From positions 22,609 through 86,608 of the forward strand of contig ADNK01002633.1 of the NCBI GenBank assembly GCA_000320545.1: a DNA stretch of 64,000 nt, read 5' to 3'. Below the pieces are notes generated by a model that searched no databases, was not told the DNA's origin, and saw only the letters and a program-made list of their open reading frames with translations. Position numbers and translations under genes: made by a program. This stretch comes from Bigelowiella natans CCMP2755 (Eukaryota; Protista; Cercozoa). Below, one piece after another: positions 28,339 through 42,196 of this stretch (positions are counted from its first letter, which is position 1; every line of letters begins with the position of its first letter).

Positions 28339-28714
28339 GTCAGGAGGAAGAACGGAAGAGGAAAATCCAAGCTGAGATTGAAGAGAAAAAACGAAAAGAG
28401 CGAATCCGAAAGCAAAAGTAAATTCAAGATAGAAATAGTACAGGGCTTTCAATCTTAAGCAGGGTCTAGGGCATGAGGTTCTGAGCAAGTTATTCAAATA
28501 CATTCTGTAGTAATTTCACCTGCGTACTAGTGCCAACGTCAAATGTGCAAAATTAATGATTATACCACTGCGCCACAAATAGGGAGGAAGCTCGTAAAAA
28601 GGCAGAAGCCGAGGCCAAAGAGGAGGCGAGGCTCCTTGAAATAGCAATGGAGGAGAAAAAACGACAGGACTTTTTGAAGAAGATCGAAACGTATTAGTCA
28701 ATCGATATTATAGT

Positions 28715-28747
<33 letters not shown>

Positions 28748-28748
28748 C

Positions 28749-28791
<43 letters not shown>

Positions 28792-28969
28792 TGTGAGCGA
28801 GTGTTCAATCTGTGTCAATTGCTAGCGCGCTGAATATATGCGGATAGTGCTTAAAGCATTTGCTCTTTGTCACCAACAAATCTCTCTTTATATCTTCAGG
28901 GAAAAGGCGGAGGTGCAGAGAATAAAAGATCAAATCGAGTTTGAAAAAGAGCAATTCGCACACGTAAGG

Positions 28970-29010
<41 letters not shown>

Positions 29011-30493
29011 TATAGCAGTTTTGCAGCAATTGTATATGCTGGTTGCTACTTATTTTGCAACGGTTTTATTCTGTATTCGAAGCTAATTTTATTTAATTTC
29101 TGCTCGCACCCTTCTCAATCACTTCAACTCTATGATGGCACAGGTGCGAGCTGCCGCCGAGCTACAAGTAGAAGAGGTACTATCGTTGTGCAATGCTAGC
29201 ATGGTCTAAAAAGTGAAAGCGGCGGGGGGGGATTAATTAGACATATTCCAGTAGCAAAAAAGTAAAGGAGAAGCGTTTAAATGGTGCGACATTTGCTGTT
29301 TTTGCATTTTCTGTTTTTGACGATGATATCATCGTTTTTCCACTAAAGTTTAAGGACTTTGGACCCGTGGCACCTCTTTCCGAAGAGGATCAGCAAAGAA
29401 ATGATAAAAGGTGGTTAAATCATCCATATTCCTCCTCCTACCCCGCCTCCCCTTTGCGGAGCCGTAAATAGTGATAGATGTTGTAGTCAAGAAATGACTC
29501 GATGAACATTCGGTGTAGGTTTTTGCTGGATTTCGTTCTCGAATGCAAAGACAATTCTGAGTACTGCCCGATCACGCTGGGAGCTCCTGTTTGTCGCGAC
29601 AAGGTGCTGTGGCGAAAGCTAACGGGGAGGCTTTACATATACAGCAAGAGATGTTTGTTTGTAAAAGAGCTAGCTCTAGATGGGAAAACAGCCTTGCGAG
29701 TGCAAACGATCCTGCGCGCTGCGTCTGGCATTATTCTCTGTAGCATTGAGTTGTCCCCTTTTGCTCAGGTTGTTGGCGGTATTTGCATGGGCTGTTTGAC
29801 GAAAGTCTTCGGCGGAAAGACTCTCTCACAGGTATTTCCATATTATTATTACGATGCATGTTAATGCACACGAAGGGGTTATTCTGGATTTTGAAAATTA
29901 GCCCCTGTGTTCATCTTATGTTTGTGTGTGTACATGCTCGCCATCTTCATCTTGAATACGCACGCATTATTTGACCCGGTCTTTTCCGCCCAGAAAATCA
30001 TGGAAGAACAAGAAGAAAAGGCAGCTGAGCGCCGGAAGGCGGCAGCAAGATACGCCAAGTTGCACGAGCACTTGCACCATCTGGAAGAGAGAAATTTTGT
30101 TTGCAAAGGTACGTAAGCAGCAGGGAGGGGTCGTGGTACTGTCTTTTTTTTCAACCCCGGGGGGGGGGGGGGGGGGGGCTTTGGGCATACAACTTGATTC
30201 TCTGGTTTTTTTTACAATTATCTTGAAAGAAGCTGTTGACATGACAACTGACTGTCGCGATAGGAAACGTACTGCTGAGAAGGTGGTTCACCAACGCTTT
30301 CATCAGCGCCGTTAAAGAAGCAAATGCGAAAGAGGAAAAGGAAAAGGAAGAAGGCGAAAAGGAAGAAAAGGAAGAAGGCGAAAGGCAAGAAAGCGACGAG
30401 AAGGGCGGGGATCGGAAGGAAGATGGCGAGGGCGAAAAAAAGGAAGAAAAAGAGGTTGCTCGTGATGATGCGCCTGAAGAAATCAAAGCATGA
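11672..30493 (+). CDS. Giant multidomain protein (~3,500 aa by exon sum): Tudor-like, K/P-rich, coiled-coil, RGS domain(s), pentatricopeptide-repeat arrays, two copies of a Cys4 motif, C-terminal coiled-coil
   Basis: Long exons 17595-20709, 20931-21216, 21445-24678, 24889-25746 and 25880-26131 join in phase through GT-AG introns. About 25 small 5' exons from ATG 11672 (MSHLKESLLRSSFEASKP) and about 18 small 3' exons to TGA 30491-30493 also keep frame. The core 17595-25746 is secure; the 5' and 3' extensions rest on phase continuity and internal repeats. Confidence 0.75.
13000..14071 (+). other. Tudor-like (SH3-fold) domain encoded by five micro-exons of the giant gene
   Basis: Spliced exons 13000-13059, 13302-13340, 13614-13636, 13893-13950 and 14056-14071 read YPEVGRQVEVNMNAEG-RVWVPATINTCTQ-LRGTTQYW-LRVDYEDGSEETLPWPNAD-VKLV. 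This matches the Tudor pattern vG..V.v..W..a.I..V.YeDG..E.l. Confidence 0.65.
18150..18540 (+). other. RGS (regulator of G-protein signalling) domain within the giant gene
   Basis: GRDFREFYSNSKGSDASFEFWLSVE...AIKDIWANYFSP...RITV...FFADAQVYAFEKQIMESFTRFY follows the RGS consensus F..FL..e.s.enl.FW..ve / a..Iy..y / i.i / F..AQ..i..lm..dsf.RF. Confidence 0.75.
19620..25730 (+). repeat. Pentatricopeptide (PPR) repeat arrays, more than 20 partly degenerate 35-aa repeats in several blocks
   Basis: Examples: PDQHTFNAVLKAY, PDAETFMWVIKAC, EEHYSIVISAWAETGIIEAAERVL, PHSDWYNAIVRGHCDARNPEEALVWMFKM, DFNELVRACARAGDSKAAFALVETMKGRSITPNAETYHYLL. The count is an estimate by eye. Confidence 0.9.
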
Positions 30494-31555
30494 TAAGCGG
30501 GAAAAGAGGTTTGCTTCTACAAATATACAGTGCATTAAGGCAGCCGATATTGTGTCTGAACGTAATAATGGAGGCGATGAATAAGATTGTGCAATCAGGC
30601 ACACATGCCATGCCTACATGTGCATTTAAGCGATGAATACATGCATGGCATCACCTGTGCGATGCTGTGCACTGATGCTAAGCATGGGTGCGATAAGCTG
30701 CAAAGGCATTTGATACGATTGTCGGCTACTTGCCAAGATCAGCATGTAGTTGGGCGGGAAAAGATGAAAGTCGAGATATATGTCGCGATGTATTGTTGAT
30801 TCCACATGAGCGCTTGGCTGCAAAAACACGCTTTCAAATATTTATCGATCGCACAGGGCGGGCTCGGAGCCCTGTCAATGGCCCTCGAAACGTCATCAGT
30901 TTGAACAACAAGCATGATGCATGTATAATAGTATAAAGTCGAGGTGGCTTCAGTGCGTCATCTGTAGATCTCAACAGTACGATGATGTACGTAGCGAGTG
31001 TTGCGGGCCTGCGATGCAAATGCACATGCATTGTGTCATACAACATTACATGATGCAAGCAACACAACTCCAATCACAATGCACAGCATGGCTTCTGGAA
31101 CAATTCCTGACTTTTTTTTGTTTTTCACTATCTCCCACACATTGTCATTTGTCATCATCCACGTGCTGATTTTGGGCAACTGGGCTGTCGTCAGAACAGC
31201 TGACACGTGTAATTCAAAGTGGATATAATTGATCACTTGATTTTGTTCTATGGTCGTTCTCATGTAGCTGTGCAAAGCAGCGGCTGGCTGCAGCGCCAAT
31301 GTCAAATCTGTCAGCTGGAAAGGCTGCCTGCACATGCATGCTAGCGTGCGCTGCAGGATTAGATTCCTGCTGCTTTACATGAATAGGTTGTGCGCATTGT
31401 ACTTGCGCACAAAATCCGTAGCCTTGCGAAACACAAACTCTGCATAGAGAACAACAAGAAGGCACTAAGGGCCGGGTGCTAGCTAGCATCGTAACAAGGT
31501 TATGTTTCATCTTGAATTCCGATCATTCCAGCTTCAACGTCGATCTTCTATCCAT

Positions 31556-33337
<1,782 letters not shown>

Positions 33338-33427
33338 TATTTAGGTTGCTAAGAGGCCAGCCCCTCCCTCTCACACCGAGCCTTGGCACTGAGGTGCTTC
33401 GTCTCTAAGACCTTCCCAGAGTGGCCA
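33338..33427. promoter_or_regulatory. Very short divergent (bidirectional) promoter region
   Basis: Predicted ATGs of the minus-strand gene (33337) and the plus-strand CAZyme gene (33428) are 90 nt apart. Confidence 0.45.
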
Positions 33428-34711
33428 ATGCAAGATCCTGGGCAGGCAATTGCTAAGAGAATCATCCTCATCTTACTGGCATGCTCCTTCAACAGCGTGT
33501 TCTTGAAGACCCTCGGCAAGAGAGGGGGACAAACGGCCAGCCCAGCTTCTCCGAGCGGTCAAATACAACGGCAGAACCCTTCTAGCAGCGACATTTTGGA
33601 CGAGCCAGCCCGCCCCCCCTCGGCCTACGTCCATGCCGACAACGAGCAAGCGGCGGAGAGTGATGGTGCTAGTGATGCAGCTCAACGGATCAATGGCGGC
33701 CCCACCAACGGAAAAGATGGCTTTTTGGTTTGCTTCAATCATACAGATTGCTGCTCAGACGCGATTGCTCACGGTAGTAGATATGACCTTTCTGTAAATT
33801 GAGTCCAGATTCAATTAGATTTAGATTTAAGCCTGAAGCGACAGGCATGCTGCGTCGTAATCATGCCCATATTCTTCTCAAAGACGTGTCTCGTGTTTGG
33901 TCTATAAAGCTTGCTAAAAAGCATCATCATTTCGCTACCAATCCCCAGGTCACCAATGGAGTGGTAAGCATGAGCTTCCTGCAGCTCTCATTTCTCCAGA
34001 GAAAAGGAGGGGAGGGGAAACATGCAGGTTGCTCTCTGAACACGAACATCCCATACACTGACTGATTGTCTAGGCACTAGTGATATACTGCAAGCTGGTC
34101 ACAGCACGACATTTTTCATCATAAGCTGCGCGAGAATGTAGAGAAAATGAATGCTGGGATTCAACCGCTACTGCAGGTTTTTCTGCGACCGGCAAGGGGG
34201 CGGAGATAAGGGTGTCTGCGAGCAGAAATGGCCTGGCTTTTGCCTTCGTGATACGGGTAGATACACACACACACACACACGCCCATTTTTGATATGTGTG
34301 TTTGGGATAGATGATATAAATATGTAGAGGTGTATAAAATACATACATATATGATTCAAATATTGACAAAGTACACGCACACTCACACGCACGAGCAAAT
34401 CGGATTGCGGCTTACCAGTCGTCATCATAGCCAAAATGCCGCCTCATGTAGTGTTGTGTGCATCTTCCAAAACTCAAACAGTTCTCAAACTAGCTGAGCG
34501 AACAAAGTACCGGAGCTCCTTTCTCTCAGAGTGCTAATATGCTATATTTCATGCAGACTGCGACCTCTCGAGACGTAGTCTTTGGACCCACTACATCCCA
34601 TACGCCTCTCCCTTTCTTCCAACGAATGCACACAGCATTGCACACCCCCCGCACCTTACTCGCCACCGCCGACCTAGTAGCGATGGAGGGGGGTGGGGGG
34701 CTAGTAAAAAA

Positions 34712-34742
<31 letters not shown>

Positions 34743-35015
34743 CAAAGATACCTCCCATACCCCGCCCTTTTAAGAGGATATGTGTTAAGAACGACAGTAT
34801 TGATACAGCAGGGACCTGTAAGGTCATCTTTATATGTTTTTTGCTCTGGTAGTTATCAATAAAGCACAACTTTCACTCTAACCCCCTCCCCCCCCCCTCT
34901 CCCAAAGGTTGATGATGCCTGCCATGGAATCGATTGTGGAACGAACGGATTTTGTATGGCTGGGAGGTGGGTTGATGTGGAGATAGAAAAGCAAAGAACT
35001 CTTAGTGGAGAGGCA

Positions 35016-35057
<42 letters not shown>

Positions 35058-35139
35058 TCTAAAGAGAGAAAGAGGAATAGGTGATAGGCTGATAACGGAA
35101 AAGCCGTGTGTATCCAATCAAATGCTGACATCGCTCTCT

Positions 35140-35183
<44 letters not shown>

Positions 35184-35307
35184 ATTATCATCGTATATCG
35201 AAGAGGCATTAGCCTATCACGAACGTTTCTCTGTACTACCTCTATATGAACGCACAGATGTTAAGCTACTTGCGCTCTGCTTCGTTTGCTTTTTGTTATG
35301 TACGTAT

Positions 35308-35346
<39 letters not shown>

Positions 35347-36846
35347 TTATTTATACAAATGTTTTTCACACTTAGATGTCGGTGCACGTATCCTTACCTT
35401 GGTTCCCGGTAAGTAAAAAGTCCGATTATATAATTATTATATATTATAATATTTATATAATAAATATAATGAAATATTTAGCTCGCACTTCAGTATAAGA
35501 GCGCATAGAGCGTACCAACTATTTGATGCGTTTGACGACTCGTTTCTTCAAACGATTCACTTAGAAAAAAGCATATTGCTACTGTATTGTAATATATATA
35601 TATATATATATATATATATCATAATGCGATTTAATATTCAGTCAATTTTGTAGTATCTTCACATTCATTGCTAATAAGGCATTCCCCTCCGCGCCCTTCC
35701 CCCCACCTCCTCTGTCTTTCCTTCATCAGGTGCCAAAACGTTGGGGAGAGAAGGGCTTTTGTTACGCTAATATTCGAGAAATCGCCTGTGGACATTGTGA
35801 TGATGTAATAATCCCCCCCCCCCCCCACCCCTCCCCTTCTCTCTTAAACAATCAAAGACGTTATTTATTAACAGATAGCAATGCTGCTGCGAGGCGGTTG
35901 ATTCCTTGTGCTTTTAGCATTAATACTAAATCTGATATAAATATTGCATTAGTAATTTATGTTGTACATATTGTTATTTTGATATATATAAATAATATTA
36001 TTCATATATTTACTATCCATCTGTGATATTCGTACTGTATGTGTAGTATACAAATAATATATGAATATATGATAAATGTATATACATACGCAACACCCAG
36101 GGCCAGGGTATGGGCTCTAATGCTGCGGCGGCATGGTACTTGATGTGCTAACTTCATGATGAATATCAATCAAAACACGAGCCACCTGTCGTAATGTACT
36201 GCTAGATTGCCTGGCAGCTTTGTGCATTTTATCTTCCGCGCTCTTTCGTACAAAGACAACAACCTACACACACACAAACACACACACACACACACACACA
36301 TACACATACACACTCACACACACACTCACAAACACATACACAGGGGCTACAAGTGATTTGATCGCAATAGTGACTTCAGGGGTACGATGACGCCGCTAAT
36401 CTACGCATCTAAGACTGACAATCTCTGCCTCACTGCATCCGAGCGAATTTTGCAATAACACAGTGCTCGCTTGAGATGCATTTGGCAGATCCAAATCAAG
36501 CTCAAAATAACGTGCTGCGGCAGCGTCGATGATATATGTGCATTGCATCGTTTGATACGATGAATCGGTGCCGACGAGTCGCTCAGTAATACATCGTTGT
36601 AATTGAAGGTCTCAAGCCATTTGAGAGAGATTCTGGAAGATGACGGTGTCATCGTTGTCGAGCTGGACGCTGTGCCCCTCCCCCCATCGTTGCGATCCAA
36701 GGAGGTCTGTCTGCGTGTTTCATTGTGTGGAGCCCATTCGGAATGTTGTATGGTTTCCGCATTAAATGTGGGGGGGGGATAAGGACGCACACACACACAC
36801 ACACACGCACACACACACACACACAAAGAGGGAGAGGGAGAGCGCG

Positions 36847-36883
<37 letters not shown>

Positions 36884-37137
36884 AGGAAAGATGCCCGACC
36901 CAAAACTGGGTCGAGTATGCGTCACATACACGTAATGTGGCGTTATTGCATACTATTAGGCTATTCGTCGCTGGAATAGCGTCTTCACGAAGTTGCGAGC
37001 TTGGGAATTGGTGCGTAGGCGTATTGTTTATTATTATATAGCACTCAACCCCTGTGATAAATATCCGTGATCTCTCGTTATTTCTCTTGCTTTACACTTC
37101 TAGCTTTCTAAGCCTAAACAGAATCCACACAATCGCT

Positions 37138-37176
<39 letters not shown>

Positions 37177-37303
37177 CTCTTTCTTCCCCCCTCTCCAATT
37201 CTCTCGAGTATCTGTTTTTCTTCTTTTATTTTCTCTCTATCTCTTTCCCTTCCCTCTCTCTTCTCTTCTTTCCGAAAGAATTCTACAAATGCTAAGTATC
37301 AAC

Positions 37304-37347
<44 letters not shown>

Positions 37348-38769
37348 TACTGTATAGTTCTTGCTATGTTATAGTAGCAATGTAGCGTATCACTGAGCAC
37401 GCACGCGCCGGCACAGACCGTTGAATATTGAATATGTATCATCAGGAGCAGTACGATCGAGTCGCCTATATGGATATGGACGTTCTGATCCATACAACGG
37501 CGGAATCAGCGAAGGAGAAGGAGGAGGGGGTCAGCAGCAAAGGGGCACCTGGCACCGAAGCTATCGAAGGCGTGGATAGTAGAAATGCAAGTCTCGCTAA
37601 CGAGCAAGCTCAGGATGATGGTTCATCTGATGACTCTAGCAATCCATCCGCCTATGGAAGAGAGAACAGCGTTAGACACGGAACCTCGATTGAAGATATA
37701 TTTCTCTCTTGCTCCGCCGATGTATGCATGGCTAGAGACCTTGCGCATACTGACGAAAGCCCCATGGGCAATGTCGGGGTCATCATTCTCAAGCCCTCGA
37801 GGACACGGCTGCAGCACATGCTGCAGGAGGTGGAGAGCACTCGCGACCATTACAAATACCCGGAGCAAGAATGGCTGACACGGTATATCATTGACCCCAA
37901 GAACAATATGAAGGGAGATGTGCTTCCTCACAACCTGAACACCTGCTCCCCCCCTGACGGCGGCGGCCCCCGCCCCCCCCATCTGAAATGGGGAAGAGGA
38001 GGAGGAGGGAGAGGGGGGGGAGGGGGGAGGAGGACGGGCAGAAATGGCCACATCGGCAGCGGGGGTAGCAATGAGAGGAAGGACCTGAAATCAACGCGCG
38101 ACTACGACGATGGTAGCATTCCCTTTGTCACCTCGCATATCACGGTGCACCACTTTTGCGGGCCTGAAAAGCCCCCGCATTTCTTCCTCGATGCCAACAT
38201 CAACTACGAGCAGCAGTTTGCGCTGCGCTCGGCATCCGGTCACGGAGGAGAGGTGAATGCCGTGCAGGACGCAGAAGCTTCGCATCGTGTCCAGCGGCAA
38301 GATAATGGTGGCCTCTTGCGGCTTTACTATGAATGGAACAAGCTCTACGCCTCGATCGGTGCGGTATTGAAGGAACTGGAGGAGCGTGTGCGAGTTTGTG
38401 AGTGCTTGCGCGCGTGTGTGTATGAGTGTGTGTGTGTGTGTGTGTGCGTATTTGTGTGAGACTGGATATTGCTTATGCTTTCTCATATTGTTGTAAATGC
38501 ACTCATTTAGACTGTGTAGACTGTATGCGATGCAGTTCCTATGTATTGCTGTTACTGGACGGCCTCCTCTTAGTTTGGCTCTTTTGGATACGTTCGATCA
38601 TCTCTTACACTTACAACTAGTTGTTGGTGTTTCCTATGTGCGTTGGTATAAATCAGATGGATGCGTCGTTCATACGGGTGCTAAAGAGGGAGAAGTGCGT
38701 TGTCAAAAGCACCCAGGTAATATTCACTGCGAACGACGCATAAACGTAATTTTTTTTAGTTAATACATG

Positions 38770-38806
<37 letters not shown>

Positions 38807-39082
38807 TATTAATATATTTCATATGAATTCTCTTGCGATTATAGTAGTTGTTCTGTCGCAATATCTTCATTTTTCGGGGTTTTTTGAGTCGCTTTTGGCT
38901 CTGGAAATCCTCCGACTCATCCCTCATTTCGATGCACACAAAGAGTGTTCGTGGGTCGCGGTAGTCCGGGAACTCTCTAGAGCTGCCGGAGATCAAATAT
39001 CGCCAAGAAGAGGAAGCACTCACGCTCACACACACACAGGCACACGGTGATTTCAAACAGCGGCGCAGATGCTTGAATATAC

Positions 39083-39117
<35 letters not shown>

Positions 39118-39122
39118 GTATT

Positions 39123-39164
<42 letters not shown>

Positions 39165-39246
39165 CAATTGTAGCTTTTATTCTATATTATTGCAAATAGT
39201 AAATACACATAATGATACATATAGATGTGCCGATTTTTTGTGTGTC

Positions 39247-39300
<54 letters not shown>

Positions 39301-39495
39301 TTAGTCAGTAACTCTTTCTTCCTCGCAGGCAAAATTAGTTGAGAACACATCCTGGCGGAAAACAGCCCGTGTTTTATCCCAGCCGCTGGAACTTCCCGGA
39401 TTGCGAGGAGAGCCAACGAATTCTCGCAGATCAATGCTTTCAAGTATGTATCAAACCCAGAGAGCAGGGCGAGAGAAATAGTAAAGTAAATCATG

Positions 39496-39535
<40 letters not shown>

Positions 39536-42155
39536 GAAGGCGGAAAGGAGGGGGTGGGGAAGTGAAATAGCAAAATTATAAACAAGGCAAAGGGGTTGGT
39601 CGTTGGAATACGAAGCATCTTTTGTAACAGTCAAGCGCGATCAAAATGATGGCAGCTCGCCACTCGATTCCGTATCCCATCTAAATTCCATCTGATGTCG
39701 CATTGTCTTTGTCCAGATTCGATGCATATTGACACGAGGACTCTTGCTTTTCTCGCATCCACCGTGCCCCCCCCGGAGTCGTTCAATCGCAAGATAAGGC
39801 ACAAGAGGTTCTCCTCTTCGGTGATTTATCAAATCATCACTGACCGGTTCTACCCGCACCCGGGGAGGGAGAGGGCGGCCGCTTGTGGAAATCTTTCAAT
39901 GGCCTGTGGAGGGACGTTTGCCGGAATCCAGGAGCATATTCACTACCTAGTAGACCTTGGAATCTCATCGGTAGTATGACACGGGGAACGTTTATTCGAA
40001 AGCATGAGATGGCGGCGTGTTAGAAAAGTAAAGCGCAGCAATCGAAGAGAAGAGAAGGGGTTTTTGGTTAGAAGAATATTACTGAGGAGGAAATGGTGTA
40101 TGTGAAACGGTGTGGCGACTAGAGGATTATTGCTTTTTTTGGGATTCTCTCTCTTTCTCCCTCTTTCTTTCTCTATCCTCCCCTCTCTCTCTCTCTCTCG
40201 TTCCTTTCTCTCTCTTTTTATTTTTTTCTCTCGCTATCTCTTCGTGTGCGCGTATTTTAAGGGGCAAGTGGGACGTGCTGGGGACTAGAGGTTCCAAGCA
40301 GTTGTTTCAAGCAGTTTGTTGTTAGGTTTGGATCTCCCCTCATATTGAGAACGTTGATCCAGATATATGCTATCACGGGTGATAAATACCAGATCTTCTT
40401 GATTCTGTGTTAGGATAACTTAATCCCCGCGGAGATGTCTTTAAGCGTATTGCCTTGTTTGTGTAAGGGGGTGTCCCCAACTGCAAGGAGAATTTTTTTA
40501 GTTTTTAAATAAATAAATAAACGTCGGTGTTAGAGTCGTACTACTGAGGGATATTTTCCGTTTCACAAATGTTTATGAGGATTTGGCAGTTTTGTGAGTC
40601 GCCAGACCTCCCATTGCTTTCCGATGTCGTAATCCTTTTGGGGCTTTTCACGTAAAGGTACTGCCCGCGCTCCTTGAACCCTCACGATGTGCGAGAGGGA
40701 TTTGGAGGATATGACGACTTCATTCTCCTTCGATCACGACTGTCTAAGGCGGGGATTTCCCTGATGGCGGACGTCGTCATCAATCACCTTGGGCGGCAAA
40801 AGGAGGACCTAACACGAGGCGTGCTGAACCTTGACGTATTTAAGAGAGATCCGTCGATTATGACGCACAGCATCGAGCCTCACATTTTCCACGATCCAGA
40901 GCTGCACGGGTGGTGCTCACCGGAAATGACCCCAACAGAAATGATTGAGTGCTCGCTCTATGGCGCTTTAGACCTCAACCAAACCACAGTCGCTGTACAG
41001 TTTGCCATTTTCCACCTGTTACGCGAAACGATGGAGCCGGAAGCGGCTGCCATCCGCAGTAAGACTGGCGACCACTCTTATGACGCGCTCCGAATCGATG
41101 CCGCGCGCCATGTGGACGTCAAGTTCCTTGCATGGTTGCAGGACGCGTTGAACCTTTTCGGCGTGCAGTCGTACGCGGAGGTTCTGCACGGGTCGGCACA
41201 CCTTGTCAGCGGCTACCAGATGGACAACAAGCACGGCCTCTTCAACTTCCCCCTCCACTTCACACTCATCGAGCTGTTTTCCCAAGGCCAGCACTTTTGC
41301 GGCGGGGGTAGCGGTCCTCCTCACGAGCCGTGCTGGGAGGAGGCATCCTCACCATCGCCTTCGGCGTCGTCGCCATCATCAAGCCCCCACCTTGGTATCT
41401 CCCTCGAGCACTCCCGCCGTGACACCCGGCGCGTGTTTCGGAACCCTAGACTTTTGGTGAATTTCATCGAAAACCACGACGTCCCGCGGTTTCTTTCAAG
41501 GCCTGGCGCGACGGCGAACCTGTACCTCAATGCCCTCTGCCTGGTGCTGTTTTGGGAGGGGGTTCCCCAATTGTACTACGGGGGAGAGGTGGGCATGAAG
41601 TCTGGCGCGGATGAGGCGGACAGCGGTGCAGCTGCACGCGGGGGAAGTGATGATGGGAGTGGCGAAACCGAGGACGTTTTCGGTCAAAATGACAGCGATG
41701 TTGGGGGTAGCGACCCGTACCGCCCTGATATCCATCGTGCACCCCTCTGGCAACAGCCGATTTTCAACGAAATCACGAATATGCAGGGCATTTTTCAAGA
41801 TTTCTGCCCAAAGCAGCAGCAAGAACGCCGGCAGACGCTCGGTGATGTGGAGGAGGGGCATCGATTTGATCAGGGCGAGACTCCGCGGAACGATTGCGAA
41901 ACGGAAAGGGCCGAGGAAGGATCTTTCATTCACGCAGTATTGCGTGCTATGATTGCTGTGAGGGAGACTTTGCTCCGTCTTGGTACACAGAGAAGAAAAC
42001 TGTTCTTAATCTTGGGAGGTTTTTCGAGTTTTTCAGAATAGAACGATATCGTGGTTTGGTCGTTCCAACGGATGTCATTTGATGAACCCGGCCTTGGCCT
42101 TCATACCAGCAAGGGTGGATAATGATTGTGGTATATGTGTTCGTGTTTGTGTGTG

Positions 42156-42196
<41 letters not shown>

